Shown here piece by piece: positions 18,214-29,444 of a DNA stretch of 64,000 nucleotides. Source of the stretch: an uncultured Haliea sp. GTDB taxonomy: Bacteria > Pseudomonadota > Gammaproteobacteria > Pseudomonadales > Halieaceae. Under the pieces are notes generated by a model. The model saw only the letters and a program-made list of their open reading frames with translations, had not been told where the DNA came from and did not search any database. The stretch spans positions 12,085-76,084 of the forward strand of contig CAMYIZ010000016.1 of the NCBI GenBank assembly GCA_947258585.1, given 5' to 3'. A program made the position numbers and the translations under genes. Position 1 is the stretch's first letter; every line of letters begins with the position of its first letter.

Positions 18214-20262
18214 TCAGGATTTGTCCGGGAACAGCTCCTGGACGTTCGAGAGACCAACCACCGCCGGCCCGATCTTGGGTTTCGGCTTGGCCAGCAGTGG
18301 CCGAGCGGTCATGCCCTGCTTGCGCCAGACATGGTCGTAACGCACTTCGTGACTGTTGAAACCACTCACCACTGCATTCAGCACCTCGGTGATCCCCGCG
18401 CAATCCATGCTGTCGCAATGCTGCTTCAGCTCGGTCAGCATGCGGTGGATCTGTCCGTAGGACAGGCACTCCTCTTCGGCCCGCATGATCATGGGGTGGC
18501 CGGTCCCGGTGACGTTGCTGCCCAACAGCAGCTCCTCACGCAATTTCTCGCCAGGGCGCAAACCGATGAACTCGATTTGTATATGATCCTGGGCATGGTT
18601 GTCGTGCTGCATTTCATAGCCGCTGAGGCGAATCATGCGCCGCGCCAGATCGACGATGCGCACCGGCTCCCCCATGTCCAGCACGAAGACGTCGCCGCCG
18701 GTGCCCATGGCCCCTGCCTGCAAAACCAGCTGCGCCGCTTCCTGGATGGTCATGAAGTAGCGCGAAACCTCCGGGTGGGTCACCGTCACCGGGCCACCGC
18801 ACTCGATCTGCTCCCGGAACAGGGGCACAACCGAGCCGGAGGATCCCAGCACATTGCCAAACCTCACCATGCAGAACCGGGTGCGGGTCTCCCGCTGCGC
18901 CAGGCCCTGCAGCACCATTTCCGCAAACCGCTTGGAGGCGCCCATGATGTTGGTGGGGCGCACAGCCTTGTCCGTCGATACCAGCACGAAGGTTTCCACC
19001 CCGGCCTTGCGCGCGGCCTCGGCAGCATACCAGGTGCCGAACACATTGTTGGCAACGCCTTCCGCGACGTTGTACTCCACCATCGGTACATGCTTGTAGG
19101 CTGCGGCGTGGTACACGGTCTGCACGTCAAAGGTGCGATACACAGTCTCCAGCCGCCGCTGGTCCTGCACCGAACCGAGCAGCGCAACGATCTCCACTTT
19201 GGAGCCGACGGCCTGCCCGATTTCGCGCAGCTCGCGTTCCACGCTGTAGAGCGCGTACTCGGAGTTGTCCAGCAATACCAGCTCCCGCGGACCGGAGGTC
19301 AGAATCTGGCGGCAGAGTTCAGAGCCTATCGAGCCACCGGCGCCGGTGACCATCACGACCTTGTCGGTGATGCAGCGGTCAATCAGCTCGGGATGGGGCG
19401 GCACCGGGTCGCGCCCGAGCAGATCGTCCAGGTCGATGTCCTGGATCTGGTTGACGCTGGCGCGGCCGGCAACCAGCTCGCTGATCTTGGGCACCGTGCG
19501 CACATGCACCGGCAAACCGACCAGGGAATTGATGATCTCCCGCCGCCGCTCAGAGGACGCGGAGGGTATGGCCAGAAGCACCTGGGTGATGTTGTGCTCC
19601 CCGATGAGACGCTTGATCTCCTCGGGTCTGGCCACCTGCAGGCCATTGATGACCGAGTGCTGCAAGCGCGGGTCATCGTCCACGAATACCACGGCGCGAT
19701 ACTGGTCGCCGTGGTGCAGTGCCGTCAGCAGCTGGCGTCCGGAATCGCCGGCGCCGTAAATAATGACGTTGCGCGACAGGGATCTCAGCTTCGCCTGATA
19801 GTAGGCGCGCACAGTAAGGCGCGTCCCCCCGATCAGCAGAAGCGCGATAACCCAGTAGAAAAACGGCATGGCGCGGGGGACTTCCGCCTGCAGCAGAAAG
19901 ACGGTAGACGCCAGAATCAGGGTCGAGTAGGTCACGGCGGTAATGACCGCCCAGATCGCCTGCTGGCCCATGAAGCGGATTACCGCCCGATAGAGACCGA
20001 GGCGCAGGAAAATGATGGCGCTGATAACGATGGTGATCGCGGCGCACAGCAGTTCGGAGGGACCGGGGGCAAAGTAGCTGTCGCCGTAGCGCAGCACCAC
20101 CGCCCCCCACATGGCGGCACTGACAAACACCATATCCAGCGCCAGTAGCAGTGCCTGCTTGATATTGCGGGGGAGTTCTACGAGTTTTTCCAGAGCATCA
20201 CGTACGGTTCCCATCATCCGGGAAATCGCTTGCAGCGCACCATCGCCAAGCCGATTCAGCAA
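18214..20262 (-). CDS. Membrane-bound UDP-GlcNAc 4,6-dehydratase (WbpM/PglF/CapD family)
   Basis: 4 TM, IYGAGDSG, TGAGGSIGSELCRQ, HAAAYKHVP, STDKAVRPTNIMGASKR, RFGNVLGSSGSVVP. TTG at 20262 follows GGAGG; alternative ATGs at 20217/20214. Confidence 0.93.
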   Translation of the reverse strand: MLNRLGDGALQAISRMMGTVRDALEKLVELPRNIKQALLLALDMVFVSAAMWGAVVLRYGDSYFAPGPSELLCAAITIVISAIIFLRLGLYRAVIRFMGQQAIWAVITAVTYSTLILASTVFLLQAEVPRAMPFFYWVIALLLIGGTRLTVRAYYQAKLRSLSRNVIIYGAGDSGRQLLTALHHGDQYRAVVFVDDDPRLQHSVINGLQVARPEEIKRLIGEHNITQVLLAIPSASSERRREIINSLVGLPVHVRTVPKISELVAGRASVNQIQDIDLDDLLGRDPVPPHPELIDRCITDKVVMVTGAGGSIGSELCRQILTSGPRELVLLDNSEYALYSVERELREIGQAVGSKVEIVALLGSVQDQRRLETVYRTFDVQTVYHAAAYKHVPMVEYNVAEGVANNVFGTWYAAEAARKAGVETFVLVSTDKAVRPTNIMGASKRFAEMVLQGLAQRETRTRFCMVRFGNVLGSSGSVVPLFREQIECGGPVTVTHPEVSRYFMTIQEAAQLVLQAGAMGTGGDVFVLDMGEPVRIVDLARRMIRLSGYEMQHDNHAQDHIQIEFIGLRPGEKLREELLLGSNVTGTGHPMIMRAEEECLSYGQIHRMLTELKQHCDSMDCAGITEVLNAVVSGFNSHEVRYDHVWRKQGMTARPLLAKPKPKIGPAVVGLSNVQELFPDKS

Positions 20263-20338
20263 ATTTCCTCCCACTTCGGATGGTCGTGACAGGCCCGTTG
20301 GCAATCGGTTTTTCTGATTCGGACCCCGAGGCACAATA

Positions 20339-21325
20339 CTACGGCAAAGCCCTCAGCTTGGCCATGCCAAGCAAAAGCGGAAGATATGCCAAAATTACCA
20401 ATAAAAGCTGGAATTCCGGCCACAGCCAGATCGTCCATGCGAGCGGGAACAACCATGCCGCATTGAGCGCAATGAGCGCAAAGTCGACAGCCCGATGCGA
20501 GCCCCAGTACCTGCCAAGGCGCTGATAGGCATGCTCACTGTGCGCCTCCATCAAGCGTGCACCTCGCCGCCAGCGGATCAGCAGGGTACAGCTGGCGTCG
20601 GTAATGAATCCCGCCAGCAGCACCAGCCAGCAACCCAGCGGCAGGGCGCCCGAGCTGGCGCCGTAGAGGGCGAGCCCACCGAGAAGGAAGCCCAGGGGGA
20701 TGCTGCCTGCGTCGCCCATGAACAACCGGGCGGGCGGCCAGTTCCAGACCAGAAACCCCAGCTGGCAGCCAGCCAGCAAGGCACAGAACAGCGCAAACAC
20801 CGGGTCGCCGCCGACAAAGGCCAGGAGGGCGGCGCTGCCGGCCGCGAGCAGGCACTGCAGCGATGCGAGACCGTCTATCCCGTCCATGAAATTGTAGAGA
20901 TTGAGCAGCCACAACAGCCCCAGGAACACTACCGGCAGCATGACCCAGGCAGGAAGGTATGCATGCGCAACGGCGGCCGGCCCCAGGCCCCAGAGCAGAG
21001 CGGCAGAGCACAGACCGTAGATCCCCAAACGCATGCGGGCGGGAAGGTTGAAGCGGTCGTCCGCCAGCCCCACCAGCATCAGCACCAGGGCAAGCGCCAG
21101 CAGCCACCCGTATGACACCGACCAACTGACCCCTCCGGCGGCCGCAACCACAACCGACAGCGCCAGGGCGAGGATAATCCCCACGCCTCCACCACTGGGG
21201 GTAGCGCGGGTGTGGGAGCTGCGATCCCCGGGGTGGTCCAGCCACGCACCGCGCCGTGCCAAGCGCAGCCAGATGCCACAGAACAACGCCGCGGCCAGTG
21301 GGGCGATGAAAATGGCCAGGGTCAT
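20339..21325 (-). CDS. Glycosyltransferase family 4 (MraY/WecA/WbpL-like) initiating transferase
   Basis: RSSH..TPSGGG, GLADDR, NLYNFMDGIDG, LFMGDAGS, H..HAYQRL; multiple TM helices. Confidence 0.92.
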   Translation of the reverse strand: MTLAIFIAPLAAALFCGIWLRLARRGAWLDHPGDRSSHTRATPSGGGVGIILALALSVVVAAAGGVSWSVSYGWLLALALVLMLVGLADDRFNLPARMRLGIYGLCSAALLWGLGPAAVAHAYLPAWVMLPVVFLGLLWLLNLYNFMDGIDGLASLQCLLAAGSAALLAFVGGDPVFALFCALLAGCQLGFLVWNWPPARLFMGDAGSIPLGFLLGGLALYGASSGALPLGCWLVLLAGFITDASCTLLIRWRRGARLMEAHSEHAYQRLGRYWGSHRAVDFALIALNAAWLFPLAWTIWLWPEFQLLLVILAYLPLLLGMAKLRALP

Positions 21326-22260
21326 CCCGTCGCCCCGGTCCGCCCAACCAGCGCGGGAGCAACGCTGGCCAGGTTGTGGCGGGGCCGCCATCGCGTCGCG
21401 CGCAACAGGGCATGATTGTCATAGCGCTCAGCCCCGAACAGCTTGCCAAAACTGCTGCCCGCCGGCTGGCGCTGCAGCATGTCCAGCCCCGCAGCCAGGA
21501 CGCGCCAGCACCAGGCCGGTAACTGGCGTGCGCTACCGTGTCCCAGGGCTTCACGCAACAACAGGTAGACCTGACGCGTGGTGTAAGCCTCCCCGTCTGT
21601 GACTATCCAGGTGTGAACTCCCGCCTGCACCTCCTGCGGTAGCAGCAGCAGGAGCTCCGCCAGGTCCCGGGTGCTGACCATGGAGCGCGCGCCGCCCTCG
21701 GGCGGCAGCGGAAATCCCCAGCGCGCTGCACGCAGCAGCCACAGCAGGTTGCCGCGGGGGCAAGGGCCGTAAACCAGCGCGGGCCGCAGGATCACCACCG
21801 ACATGGCGCTGGCGGCAAACTGCTCCCGCAGCGCACACTCGGCGCGCCACTTGGAAAGTGCGTAGGCCCCCGCCGGGGCGGCGACCTCGTTCTCCTGCCG
21901 GGCGACACACCCGGCGGCAGGCCCCATGGCCTTGACGCTGCTCAGATAGACAAACAGGCGCACTCCGGCACGCTCCGCGGCCTCGGCCAGGGCGAGGGTA
22001 GCCCGGTAGTTGACCGCCTCATGCAGGTGCGCGGGGGCGTTCTGGTGGGCAATACCGGCGAGGTGATAGACCACCTCAACGCCCGCCAGCAACTCGCCGG
22101 CAATGGGCCCCTCGCGGAGGTCCACGGGATGGGTCCTGCGCCCGCCCGCCAGCGTGCCTCCCCCGGCACTCAACGGAACAAAGGGCCGACCCGCAGCCGA
22201 CAACTGACGGCACAGTTCGCTGCCTATGTACCCCGTCGCACCGGTCACCAGCGCTGCCAT
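21322..22260 (-). CDS. NAD-dependent epimerase/dehydratase (WbpV-like 4-reductase)
   Basis: LVTGATGYIG, HLAG, YLSSVKA, YALSK (YxxxK), LRPALVYG. Confidence 0.85.
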   Translation of the reverse strand: MAALVTGATGYIGSELCRQLSAAGRPFVPLSAGGGTLAGGRRTHPVDLREGPIAGELLAGVEVVYHLAGIAHQNAPAHLHEAVNYRATLALAEAAERAGVRLFVYLSSVKAMGPAAGCVARQENEVAAPAGAYALSKWRAECALREQFAASAMSVVILRPALVYGPCPRGNLLWLLRAARWGFPLPPEGGARSMVSTRDLAELLLLLPQEVQAGVHTWIVTDGEAYTTRQVYLLLREALGHGSARQLPAWCWRVLAAGLDMLQRQPAGSSFGKLFGAERYDNHALLRATRWRPRHNLASVAPALVGRTGATG

Positions 22261-22362
22261 ACCCACCTCACCGTGTACGCCTGAGCTGCCGACGACATGT
22301 TGCTTGTATTCCTGTTGACTGACTCGCTGGCTGGCCTGTAGTGCGAACCGCGGAAAGACATG

Positions 22363-22384
22363 AAAAAGGGGCCTGAGGCCCCTT
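22363..22384 (-). terminator. Rho-independent terminator after comEA
   Basis: Minus strand: AAGGGGCC-tca-GGCCCCTTTTT. Confidence 0.75.
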
Positions 22385-22404
22385 ATGATACGGATGCCCA
22401 CAGC

Positions 22405-22779
22405 CTATTCCAGTGTTATCACAGCTCGGTTATTGTCCAGCGTCGCCTGACCGATGCCTTTGACATCAGCCAGTTCCTCCACCGTAGCAAAGGGGCCGTA
22501 GGTTTCCCGGTAGCGAATGATATCTTCCGCCCGGGACAGGCCAACCCCACGCAGCCCTGCCGCCAGGGCGGCGGCATCTGCAGTATTGATGTTGACCAGC
22601 TTGGCCTCGGCCGCCGCAGCGACGACAGGAGGCTCGGTGGCCGTTTCCGCCAGCGTCGGGCCAGGCGCCAGGCCCAGGCACAGCAACATGGCCAGCAACG
22701 GCCCGCAGCGGCGGTATTTCCGCGGGCGACCGGCGACGGCCCCCGCAACAGCTCGAGGTGATTGTTCGATATTTGTCAT
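22405..22779 (-). CDS. comEA: ComEA family helix-hairpin-helix DNA-binding protein
   Basis: Signal-like segment, then VNINTADAAALAAGLRGVG..AEDIIRYRE..GPF..VEEL..VKGIG. Confidence 0.88.
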   Translation of the reverse strand: MTNIEQSPRAVAGAVAGRPRKYRRCGPLLAMLLCLGLAPGPTLAETATEPPVVAAAAEAKLVNINTADAAALAAGLRGVGLSRAEDIIRYRETYGPFATVEELADVKGIGQATLDNNRAVITLE

Positions 22780-22880
22780 GGCGTAATCTCCGTTTACGAG
22801 GCGGCATCCCTGCGCATCCGTATCGGGATTCAGTGTAGCAAGCACCAGGGAGAAGCCAACGCCCGTGGCCGCATTTGACG

Positions 22881-23582
22881 TTACGCGGGTGCGAGGCCGA
22901 GTTCAGACCGCACGCGCTGCAGCGTGGCCAGCGGGTCCCGGGCGCCGGTGATGGAGCGACCAATGACCAGGTAATCGGCGCCCAGCTCGCGGGCATCGGC
23001 CGGCGTCACCACCCTGCGCTGGTCTCCCGGGGAGTCCCCCGCCAGACGAATACCGGGGGTCACCAGGCAGAATCCACTCCCGTGCTGTCGCCGCAGGAGC
23101 GGCGCTTCCACAGCCGAGCAGACCACGCCCTGCAGCCCACAGTCCGCCGCCAGGGTCGCCAGGCGCTGCACGCGCTGCAGCGCGGTTTCAGCGTAACCGA
23201 GCTCGGCCAGGTCCTCGTCGGTCATGCTGGTCAGGACGGTGACAGCAATCAACAAGGGCGGCCGGTCGTGGTGCTTCAGGGCATTCGCCGCCGCCTCCAT
23301 CATTCGGCGGCCGCCGCTGGCATGCACATTGACCATCCATACACCGAGATCAGCGGCAGCCTGCACTGCGCCTGCCACGGTGTTGGGAATGTCATGGAAT
23401 TTCAGGTCGAGGAAGATCTCGAACCCCATGTCCTGCAGCCTGCGGACCAGGCCGGGGCCAGCACGGGTAAACAATTCCTTGCCGATCTTCAGCCGGCACA
23501 GGCGCGGGGACAATTGCTCGGCCAGCGTCAGGGCGGCGGTCTCCTCGGCGTAATCCAACGCCACCAGAACAGGGGAATCCAT
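22881..23582 (-). CDS. pyrF: Orotidine-5'-phosphate decarboxylase
   Basis: [44 protein letters not shown]. Confidence 0.97.
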   Translation of the reverse strand: MDSPVLVALDYAEETAALTLAEQLSPRLCRLKIGKELFTRAGPGLVRRLQDMGFEIFLDLKFHDIPNTVAGAVQAAADLGVWMVNVHASGGRRMMEAAANALKHHDRPPLLIAVTVLTSMTDEDLAELGYAETALQRVQRLATLAADCGLQGVVCSAVEAPLLRRQHGSGFCLVTPGIRLAGDSPGDQRRVVTPADARELGADYLVIGRSITGARDPLATLQRVRSELGLAPA

Positions 23583-23614
23583 GCGCTCTCTACCTTGGTC
23601 TCGGGCGGCGGCGG

Positions 23615-24817
23615 TCAATCGACACGGTTGCCGCGGATGGATTTGACGGTGCCCCAGTGCTTGCAGCCGGGGCAGAACCAGTGCAGTTGCCGACCGGCGA
23701 AACCACAGTGACTGCAGCGGTAGGTCGGGCGTTCTGCGAGGAGCCGCTCCACCAGGCGCGCCAGCAGGCTCAGGTTGTCCCTGATCTGCCCCTCGGTATT
23801 GCCCATCTGCAGTGCGATCAAACGGGACAGGCCCCGCAAGGAAGGGTACTTAGCCAGCTGCTCTGAGAGAAACGTGGCCGATGCCTCAACGCCGCTGCTG
23901 TCGCGGATATCGTCGGCGACCGCCAACACCAGCGGAGCCGCCGGATTGGCCTGCAGGCACTCCTCAAGATACTCGCGCAGAGTCCGCTCTTCGCCCAGCT
24001 CACGGTAGGCTTCCTGCAGGGTTGGAATGGTTTCGGGGATGTAGTCGGGGTCCTGCTGCCCCACCTTGCGCAGGGCCTTGATTGCCTGCCGGTAATTCCC
24101 CGCCTGGCACTCCAGTTCGCCCAGCATCAGAGAGGCGCGCACACACAGCCGGTCGTGCAGCAGCGCCTGTTGCAACTCCTTGCGGGCGCCCTGGACGCTG
24201 CCGTGCTTGAGCAGCTCGGTTGCCAGCTCGCAGTGGTAGTGGGCCAGTGCCACCGCCACCGGTTGCCGGTTGGCACCCCGGGGAGCGGGACCTGTCTGGC
24301 CGAGCAGGGACTTGCGCGGCAGCAGCTCGGTCGCTACCTCAATGGCGTTCGCCCACTCGCGCTGGCTCTGGAAAATTTCCAGCAGGTGCCGCTGGCTGGC
24401 CCGGCGCTGCTCCGGGGAATCCTTGACCAGATCCAGCAACAGGCGCTCCGCGCGGTCAAACAGACCCGCACTGATGTAGTCCCGCGCCAGCTCGAGGTGA
24501 GCCTGGTGCACCTGCTGCCGCGGCAGACTGGGCCGGGCCAGGAGGTTCTGGTGAATGCGGATGGCGCGGTCCACCTCGCCCCGCTTGCGCAACAGATTGC
24601 CCAGGGCGATATGGGTCTCCAGCGTTTCCGAGTTGACCTCCAGGGCGTTGATGAAGGCGTCCACCGCGCCGTCCGGTCGCCCATCCAGCAGATAGTTCAA
24701 ACCTTTGTAGTACTGCCCGGGCAGGTCGGTCGTGGACAGCTGGACACTGCGCCGCCCCAGCCACCAGCCAATGCCGATGGCGACGAACAGGAGCAGGAAT
24801 ACCAGCAGGTCATTCAC
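23615..24817 (-). CDS. lapB: Lipopolysaccharide assembly protein B
   Basis: GTG start; N-terminal [11 protein letters not shown], TPRs ([21 protein letters not shown]), C-terminal CxxC..CxxC rubredoxin. Confidence 0.95.
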   Translation of the reverse strand: MNDLLVFLLLFVAIGIGWWLGRRSVQLSTTDLPGQYYKGLNYLLDGRPDGAVDAFINALEVNSETLETHIALGNLLRKRGEVDRAIRIHQNLLARPSLPRQQVHQAHLELARDYISAGLFDRAERLLLDLVKDSPEQRRASQRHLLEIFQSQREWANAIEVATELLPRKSLLGQTGPAPRGANRQPVAVALAHYHCELATELLKHGSVQGARKELQQALLHDRLCVRASLMLGELECQAGNYRQAIKALRKVGQQDPDYIPETIPTLQEAYRELGEERTLREYLEECLQANPAAPLVLAVADDIRDSSGVEASATFLSEQLAKYPSLRGLSRLIALQMGNTEGQIRDNLSLLARLVERLLAERPTYRCSHCGFAGRQLHWFCPGCKHWGTVKSIRGNRVD

Positions 24818-25115
24818 CGTCTTTGATTCCGGCGACTCGCAACCTGTCCAGCTCCAGTTTGGATTTTTCGAGCTTGCGCCGGGCGATGGCCAGGCCACCG
24901 CGCAAGCGCAGGATGATGACACTCGATGCCAGCAATCCCAACACCCCCCCCAGGGCCAGCGCAAGCAACAGCCAGAGAGCCAGGCTGCGGGGGGCGAACT
25001 CGTAGACAAGGAGATCCAGGCCCACCGGCTGGTGATTCTGCAGCGCGAACAGCACACCCACCGCCACCATCGCCAGTATCACCAGCAGGGCAATCACCTT
25101 GCGCAACACGTTCAT
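24810..25115 (-). CDS. lapA: Lipopolysaccharide assembly protein A family
   Basis: 2-TM small protein (FALQN..V.LD) with a C-terminal coil, between ihfB and lapB. Confidence 0.88.
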   Translation of the reverse strand: MNVLRKVIALLVILAMVAVGVLFALQNHQPVGLDLLVYEFAPRSLALWLLLALALGGVLGLLASSVIILRLRGGLAIARRKLEKSKLELDRLRVAGIKDGE

Positions 25116-25146
25116 AAGCCAGCTCCCCGTCTACACCCTGCCTCGT

Positions 25147-25443
25147 TCAGAACCCGGCCTGCAGTGCCAGGTTCACGCGCTCGCGCAACTCCTTGCCGGG
25201 CTTGAAGTGGGGTACGTACTTGCCCGTGAGCTCGACGGTGTCGCCGGTCTTGGGATTGCGGCCCCGGCGGGGCTCGCGGTAGTGCAGGGAAAAACTGCCA
25301 AAGCCGCGAACTTCAATCCGTTCACCGGCGGCCAGCGCTTCCGACATGTGCTCGAGAATGGTTTTGACCGCCAGCTCCACATCTTTCAGCGACAACTGGG
25401 TCTGCCGGGCGGCGATCGCCTCGATCAGTTCACTTTTGGTCAT
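25147..25443 (-). CDS. ihfB: Integration host factor subunit beta
   Basis: [55 protein letters not shown]. Confidence 0.98.
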   Translation of the reverse strand: MTKSELIEAIAARQTQLSLKDVELAVKTILEHMSEALAAGERIEVRGFGSFSLHYREPRRGRNPKTGDTVELTGKYVPHFKPGKELRERVNLALQAGF

Positions 25444-25549
25444 TGTACCTCCGCCCCGGCACCATTCCGGGCCTAAGCCACCGGTGCACACCATTTTGCA
25501 ATTATTGTGACGCTGCCGGGACAATAGCGCAAGTTGTTATTTTATAACG

Positions 25550-25579
25550 AAAAAAGGCCCACCCGAGGGTGAGCCTTTC
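25550..25579 (-). terminator. Rho-independent terminator after rpsA
   Basis: Minus strand: AAAGGCTCACC-ctcg-GGTGGGCCTTTTTT. Confidence 0.8.
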
Positions 25580-25598
25580 GATGCCGCCAGAAGCGGAC

Positions 25599-27269
25599 TT
25601 ACTTTTCCATCTGCGCCTTGATCAGATCGCCGATGGTGCCGGGAGAGGAGGATTCCTCCTGGTCCTTCAGCGACTTGACCGCATCCTTCTCGTCGTCAAA
25701 ATCCTTGGCCTTGATGGACAGGGCCAGGCCGCGGTTCTTGCGGTCGACAGAGATGATCTTGGCTTCGACGCTGTCACCGACCTTGAACAGGCTGCGGGCG
25801 TCATCGACCTTGTCGCGGCTGATGTCGGAGGCCTTGAGGATACCCTCGACCTCGTCCGCCAGCTTGACGGTCACGGACTTCGCGTCCACCTCGATGACTT
25901 CACCGGTGACGATGGAGCCGCGATCATTCTCCGCCACGTAGCCGGAGAAGGCGTCGTCTTCGAGCTGCTTGATGCCCAGGGAAATGCGCTCACGCTCGGG
26001 GTCGATGGAGAGGATAACCGTCTCGATTTCATCGCCCTTCTTGTAATTGCGCACCGCCTCTTCACCCGCTTCGTTCCAGCTGATGTCGGACAGGTGCACC
26101 AGGCCGTCGATATTGCCTTCCAGGCCAATAAAGATACCGAAGTCGGTGATCGACTTGATGCTGCCGGCAATCTTGTCGCCCTTGCTGTACTGCGAGGCAA
26201 ACGCGTCCCAGGGGTTCTGCTGGCACTGCTTGATACCCAGCGAGATGCGGCGGCGCTCTTCGTCGATGTCCAGGACCATGACTTCGACCTCGTCGCCCAG
26301 CTGGACGATCTTCGAGGGATGCACGTTCTTGTTGGTCCAGTCCATTTCGGACACGTGCACCAGGCCTTCCACACCTTCTTCCAGCTCGGCGAAACAGCCG
26401 TAGTCGGTGAGGTTGGTGACCCGCGCCTTGACGCGGCTGCCTTCGGGGTAGCGATTGGTGATTTCCACCCAGGGATCCTCGCCCAGCTGCTTGAGGCCGA
26501 GGGACACGCGATTGCGCTCGCGGTCGAACTTGAGGATCTTGACGTCTATTTCCTGGCCCACTTCGACGATTTCGGAGGGGTGCTTGATGCGCTTCCAGGC
26601 CATATCGGTAATGTGCAGCAGACCGTCGACGCCGCCGAGGTCCACAAACGCACCGTAGTCGGTGAGGTTCTTGACGATACCCTTCACGGACATGCCTTCC
26701 TGCAGTGACTCCAGCAGGGCCTCGCGCTCGACGCTGTTGGCCGCTTCCATCACCGCGCGGCGGGAAACCACCACGTTGTTGCGTTTCTGGTCAAGCTTGA
26801 TGACCTTGAATTCGAGTTCCTTGTTCTCCAGGTGCGCGGTGTCGCGAACCGGGCGCACGTCGACCAGCGAGCCGGGCAGGAACGCGCGGATGGTGTTGAT
26901 ATCGACGGTAAAGCCACCCTTGACCTTGCCGTTGATGACACCCTTGACCACTTCGTCCGCCTCGTGCGCGGCTTCGAGTTCTTTCCAGGACTCGGCGCGC
27001 TTGGCTTTCTCGCGGGACAGCTTGGTCTCGCCGAAACCGTCTTCCACGGTTTCCAGGGCGACCTGGACCTCATCGCCAATGCTCAGCGAACAGTTGCCGG
27101 CGGCGTCGAGGAACTGGGCACGAGGAATCACGCCTTCAGACTTCAGGCCTGCGTGGACGGTGACCCACTCGTTATCGATGTCGATGACTACGCCGGTGAC
27201 AATGCTGCCGGGTTCCATTTCGACGGTTTTCAAGCTTTCTTCAAACAGTTCAGCGAAGGATTCGCTCAT
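25599..27269 (-). CDS. rpsA: 30S ribosomal protein S1
   Basis: [12 protein letters not shown]; repeated S1 domains ([24 protein letters not shown]). Confidence 0.99.
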   Translation of the reverse strand: MSESFAELFEESLKTVEMEPGSIVTGVVIDIDNEWVTVHAGLKSEGVIPRAQFLDAAGNCSLSIGDEVQVALETVEDGFGETKLSREKAKRAESWKELEAAHEADEVVKGVINGKVKGGFTVDINTIRAFLPGSLVDVRPVRDTAHLENKELEFKVIKLDQKRNNVVVSRRAVMEAANSVEREALLESLQEGMSVKGIVKNLTDYGAFVDLGGVDGLLHITDMAWKRIKHPSEIVEVGQEIDVKILKFDRERNRVSLGLKQLGEDPWVEITNRYPEGSRVKARVTNLTDYGCFAELEEGVEGLVHVSEMDWTNKNVHPSKIVQLGDEVEVMVLDIDEERRRISLGIKQCQQNPWDAFASQYSKGDKIAGSIKSITDFGIFIGLEGNIDGLVHLSDISWNEAGEEAVRNYKKGDEIETVILSIDPERERISLGIKQLEDDAFSGYVAENDRGSIVTGEVIEVDAKSVTVKLADEVEGILKASDISRDKVDDARSLFKVGDSVEAKIISVDRKNRGLALSIKAKDFDDEKDAVKSLKDQEESSSPGTIGDLIKAQMEK

Positions 27270-27431
27270 TACACATTACCTGTCAGTGAGATTACGGCGG
27301 AAATCCGCCTTGCCGCGCCTCCAGCTGGCACGGGTCATCCAGTCAAAACCACCCCTGTGCCACTTCTGGACCCGGCACCAGGGACAGTGCTTGCAAACCA
27401 TTGTCGCCACGGCAGACACCGGCGAATGAGC
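27270..27431 (-). promoter_or_regulatory. Structured rpsA leader (probable S1 autogenous control region)
   Basis: No canonical SD before the ATG. Several hairpins visible (TGGCAC..GTGCCA, GGCGGA-aa-TCCGCC, GCAC..GTGC). SD-less multi-hairpin rpsA leaders are known in gammaproteobacteria. Confidence 0.45.
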
Positions 27432-28112
27432 TCAGGCCAGGCCTCTCTCACGCGCCGCTGCCATTACTGCGGCGAATACATCGGCAATCGGCATGTGGCT
27501 GCTGTCGATGACAATGGCGTCTTCAGCGGGGACCAGCGGGGATACGGAACGGCTGCTGTCGCGCGCGTCTCGCTCCTCAATGTCCTCAAGAAGGCGCGGG
27601 AGACTAACATTTTCTCCCTTTTCGAGCAACTGCCGGTAGCGGCGCTGCGCCCGCTCCGCGGCACTGGCGGTGAGGAAGATTTTCAGGGGCGCCTCGGGAA
27701 ACACTACCGTGCCCATGTCGCGGCCGTCCGCCACCAGGCCCGGCGGGCGCAGGAACTCACGCTGGCGCTGCAGCAGGGCCTCACGCACTGCGGGAATGGC
27801 CGCGACCGTGGAGGCCCCCCTCCCGCCCTCTTCGGTACGGATTTCACGGCTGACGTCGATGCCTTTGTAGATTACCCGTACCTCGCCGTTGGCATCGGTG
27901 ACGAATTCGACCTGCAGGTGGCGAGCCACCCGGGTCACCGCCGGCGCATCCTCCCAGGAGACGCCCTCCAGCACACAGGCCTGGCCGGTCACGCGGTAGA
28001 GCGCGCCACTGTCGAGAAAGTGCCAGCGCAGGCAATCCGCCAGCAGATGGCTCAGCGTGCCCTTGCCGGCGCCGCTGGGGCCATCCACCGTGATCACTGG
28101 CACCGCCGGCAT
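27432..28112 (-). CDS. cmk: Cytidylate kinase
   Basis: [42 protein letters not shown]. Confidence 0.97.
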   Translation of the reverse strand: MPAVPVITVDGPSGAGKGTLSHLLADCLRWHFLDSGALYRVTGQACVLEGVSWEDAPAVTRVARHLQVEFVTDANGEVRVIYKGIDVSREIRTEEGGRGASTVAAIPAVREALLQRQREFLRPPGLVADGRDMGTVVFPEAPLKIFLTASAAERAQRRYRQLLEKGENVSLPRLLEDIEERDARDSSRSVSPLVPAEDAIVIDSSHMPIADVFAAVMAAARERGLA

Positions 28113-29416
28113 CAATCGACCCGGGCCGAGATCTGCAGGCCCAGGCCCCGGGCCAGGGCATCAAAACCCGGAAACGAGGTGCCGACGTGGTCGCAGTCGA
28201 GGATCCGTATCTCGGCGCTGGCACGCAGGGCTGCGACGGCGAATGACATGGCAATCCGGTGATCGTGGTAGGTGTGGATCACGCCGCCGCCCAGCACCCC
28301 GCCGTCTATGATAATCCCGTCCTCCAGCACCTCATTGCGCACGCCGAGGGTGTTCAGGCCCTCTGCCATGGCGGCAATGCGGTCGCTCTCCTTGACCCGC
28401 AGCTCCTCGGCGCCACGCAGGACGGTGCGGCCACTGGCGCAGGCGGCAGCGATGAACAGGGCCGGGAACTCGTCGATGGCGAGGTGCACCTGGTCGCGGG
28501 GAATCTCGATGCCGTGCAGCGGCGCATAGCGCACGTGGATATCGGCGACCGGCTCTCCGCCGACCTCGCGGTGGTTCTTGAGGGTAATATCGGCGCCCAT
28601 AAGGCCCAGGATATTGATTACCCCGATGCGGGTTGGATTGATCCCCACGTGAGTCAGCAGCAGGTCAGAGCCCGGCGCGATACTGGCCGCCACCAGGAAA
28701 AACGCCGCCGAGGAAATATCGGCGGGGACATCGATCTCCGTTGCCCCCAGGCGACCGCCGCCCTCCAGGCTGATCACGCCGTCTTCCCGGTGTACGGCAT
28801 AGCCGAAGCCGCGCAACATGCGCTCCGTATGGTCCCGCGTTGGCGCCGGCTCGGTGACCGAAGTCCTGCCCTGCGCGTACAGGCCCGCCAGCAGCACGCA
28901 GGATTTCACCTGGGCACTGGCCATGGGCAGGTCGTAGTGGATACCGCGCAGGCCCTGGCCGCCGTGAACCCGCAGCGGCGGCCTGCCCTCGGCCGAACCC
29001 TCAATGCTCGCCCCCATCAGCCGCAGCGGATCCATCACCCGCCCCATCGGCCGCTTGCACAGGGAGACATCCCCGGTCAGCTCGCTGTCGAAGGCCTGCC
29101 CGGCCAGGAGGCCCGCGATAAGGCGCATGCTGGTGCCGGAGTTACCCATGTCCAGCGGCTTGGCCGGCGCCTGCAGACCGTTCAGGCCAACCCCGTGCAC
29201 GGCGACCTCGCCGTCCTCGGGGCCGTCTATAACGACGCCCATGGCCCGAAATGCCGCCACGGTCGCCAGGGCATCCTCCCCTTCGAGGAAGCCGCTGACC
29301 CGGGTGGTGCCCTCCGCGATCGCCCCTAGCATGATCGAGCGATGGGAAATGGACTTGTCCCCGGGTACCCGCGCTTCGCCGCTGATGACACCGCCGGGCA
29401 ATAACTGGAATTCCAT
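28112..29416 (-). CDS. aroA: 3-phosphoshikimate 1-carboxyvinyltransferase
   Basis: [55 protein letters not shown]. Confidence 0.98.
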   Translation of the reverse strand: MEFQLLPGGVISGEARVPGDKSISHRSIMLGAIAEGTTRVSGFLEGEDALATVAAFRAMGVVIDGPEDGEVAVHGVGLNGLQAPAKPLDMGNSGTSMRLIAGLLAGQAFDSELTGDVSLCKRPMGRVMDPLRLMGASIEGSAEGRPPLRVHGGQGLRGIHYDLPMASAQVKSCVLLAGLYAQGRTSVTEPAPTRDHTERMLRGFGYAVHREDGVISLEGGGRLGATEIDVPADISSAAFFLVAASIAPGSDLLLTHVGINPTRIGVINILGLMGADITLKNHREVGGEPVADIHVRYAPLHGIEIPRDQVHLAIDEFPALFIAAACASGRTVLRGAEELRVKESDRIAAMAEGLNTLGVRNEVLEDGIIIDGGVLGGGVIHTYHDHRIAMSFAVAALRASAEIRILDCDHVGTSFPGFDALARGLGLQISARVD

Positions 29417-29444
29417 GACTGGGCTCTCTCTGGGGTTGGTGGGG

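Noticed and set aside
25530-25542. IHF site upstream of ihfB (autoregulation)
   Set aside because: CAAGTTGTTATTT has two mismatches in the YAANNNNTTGATW core; plausible but not supportable.
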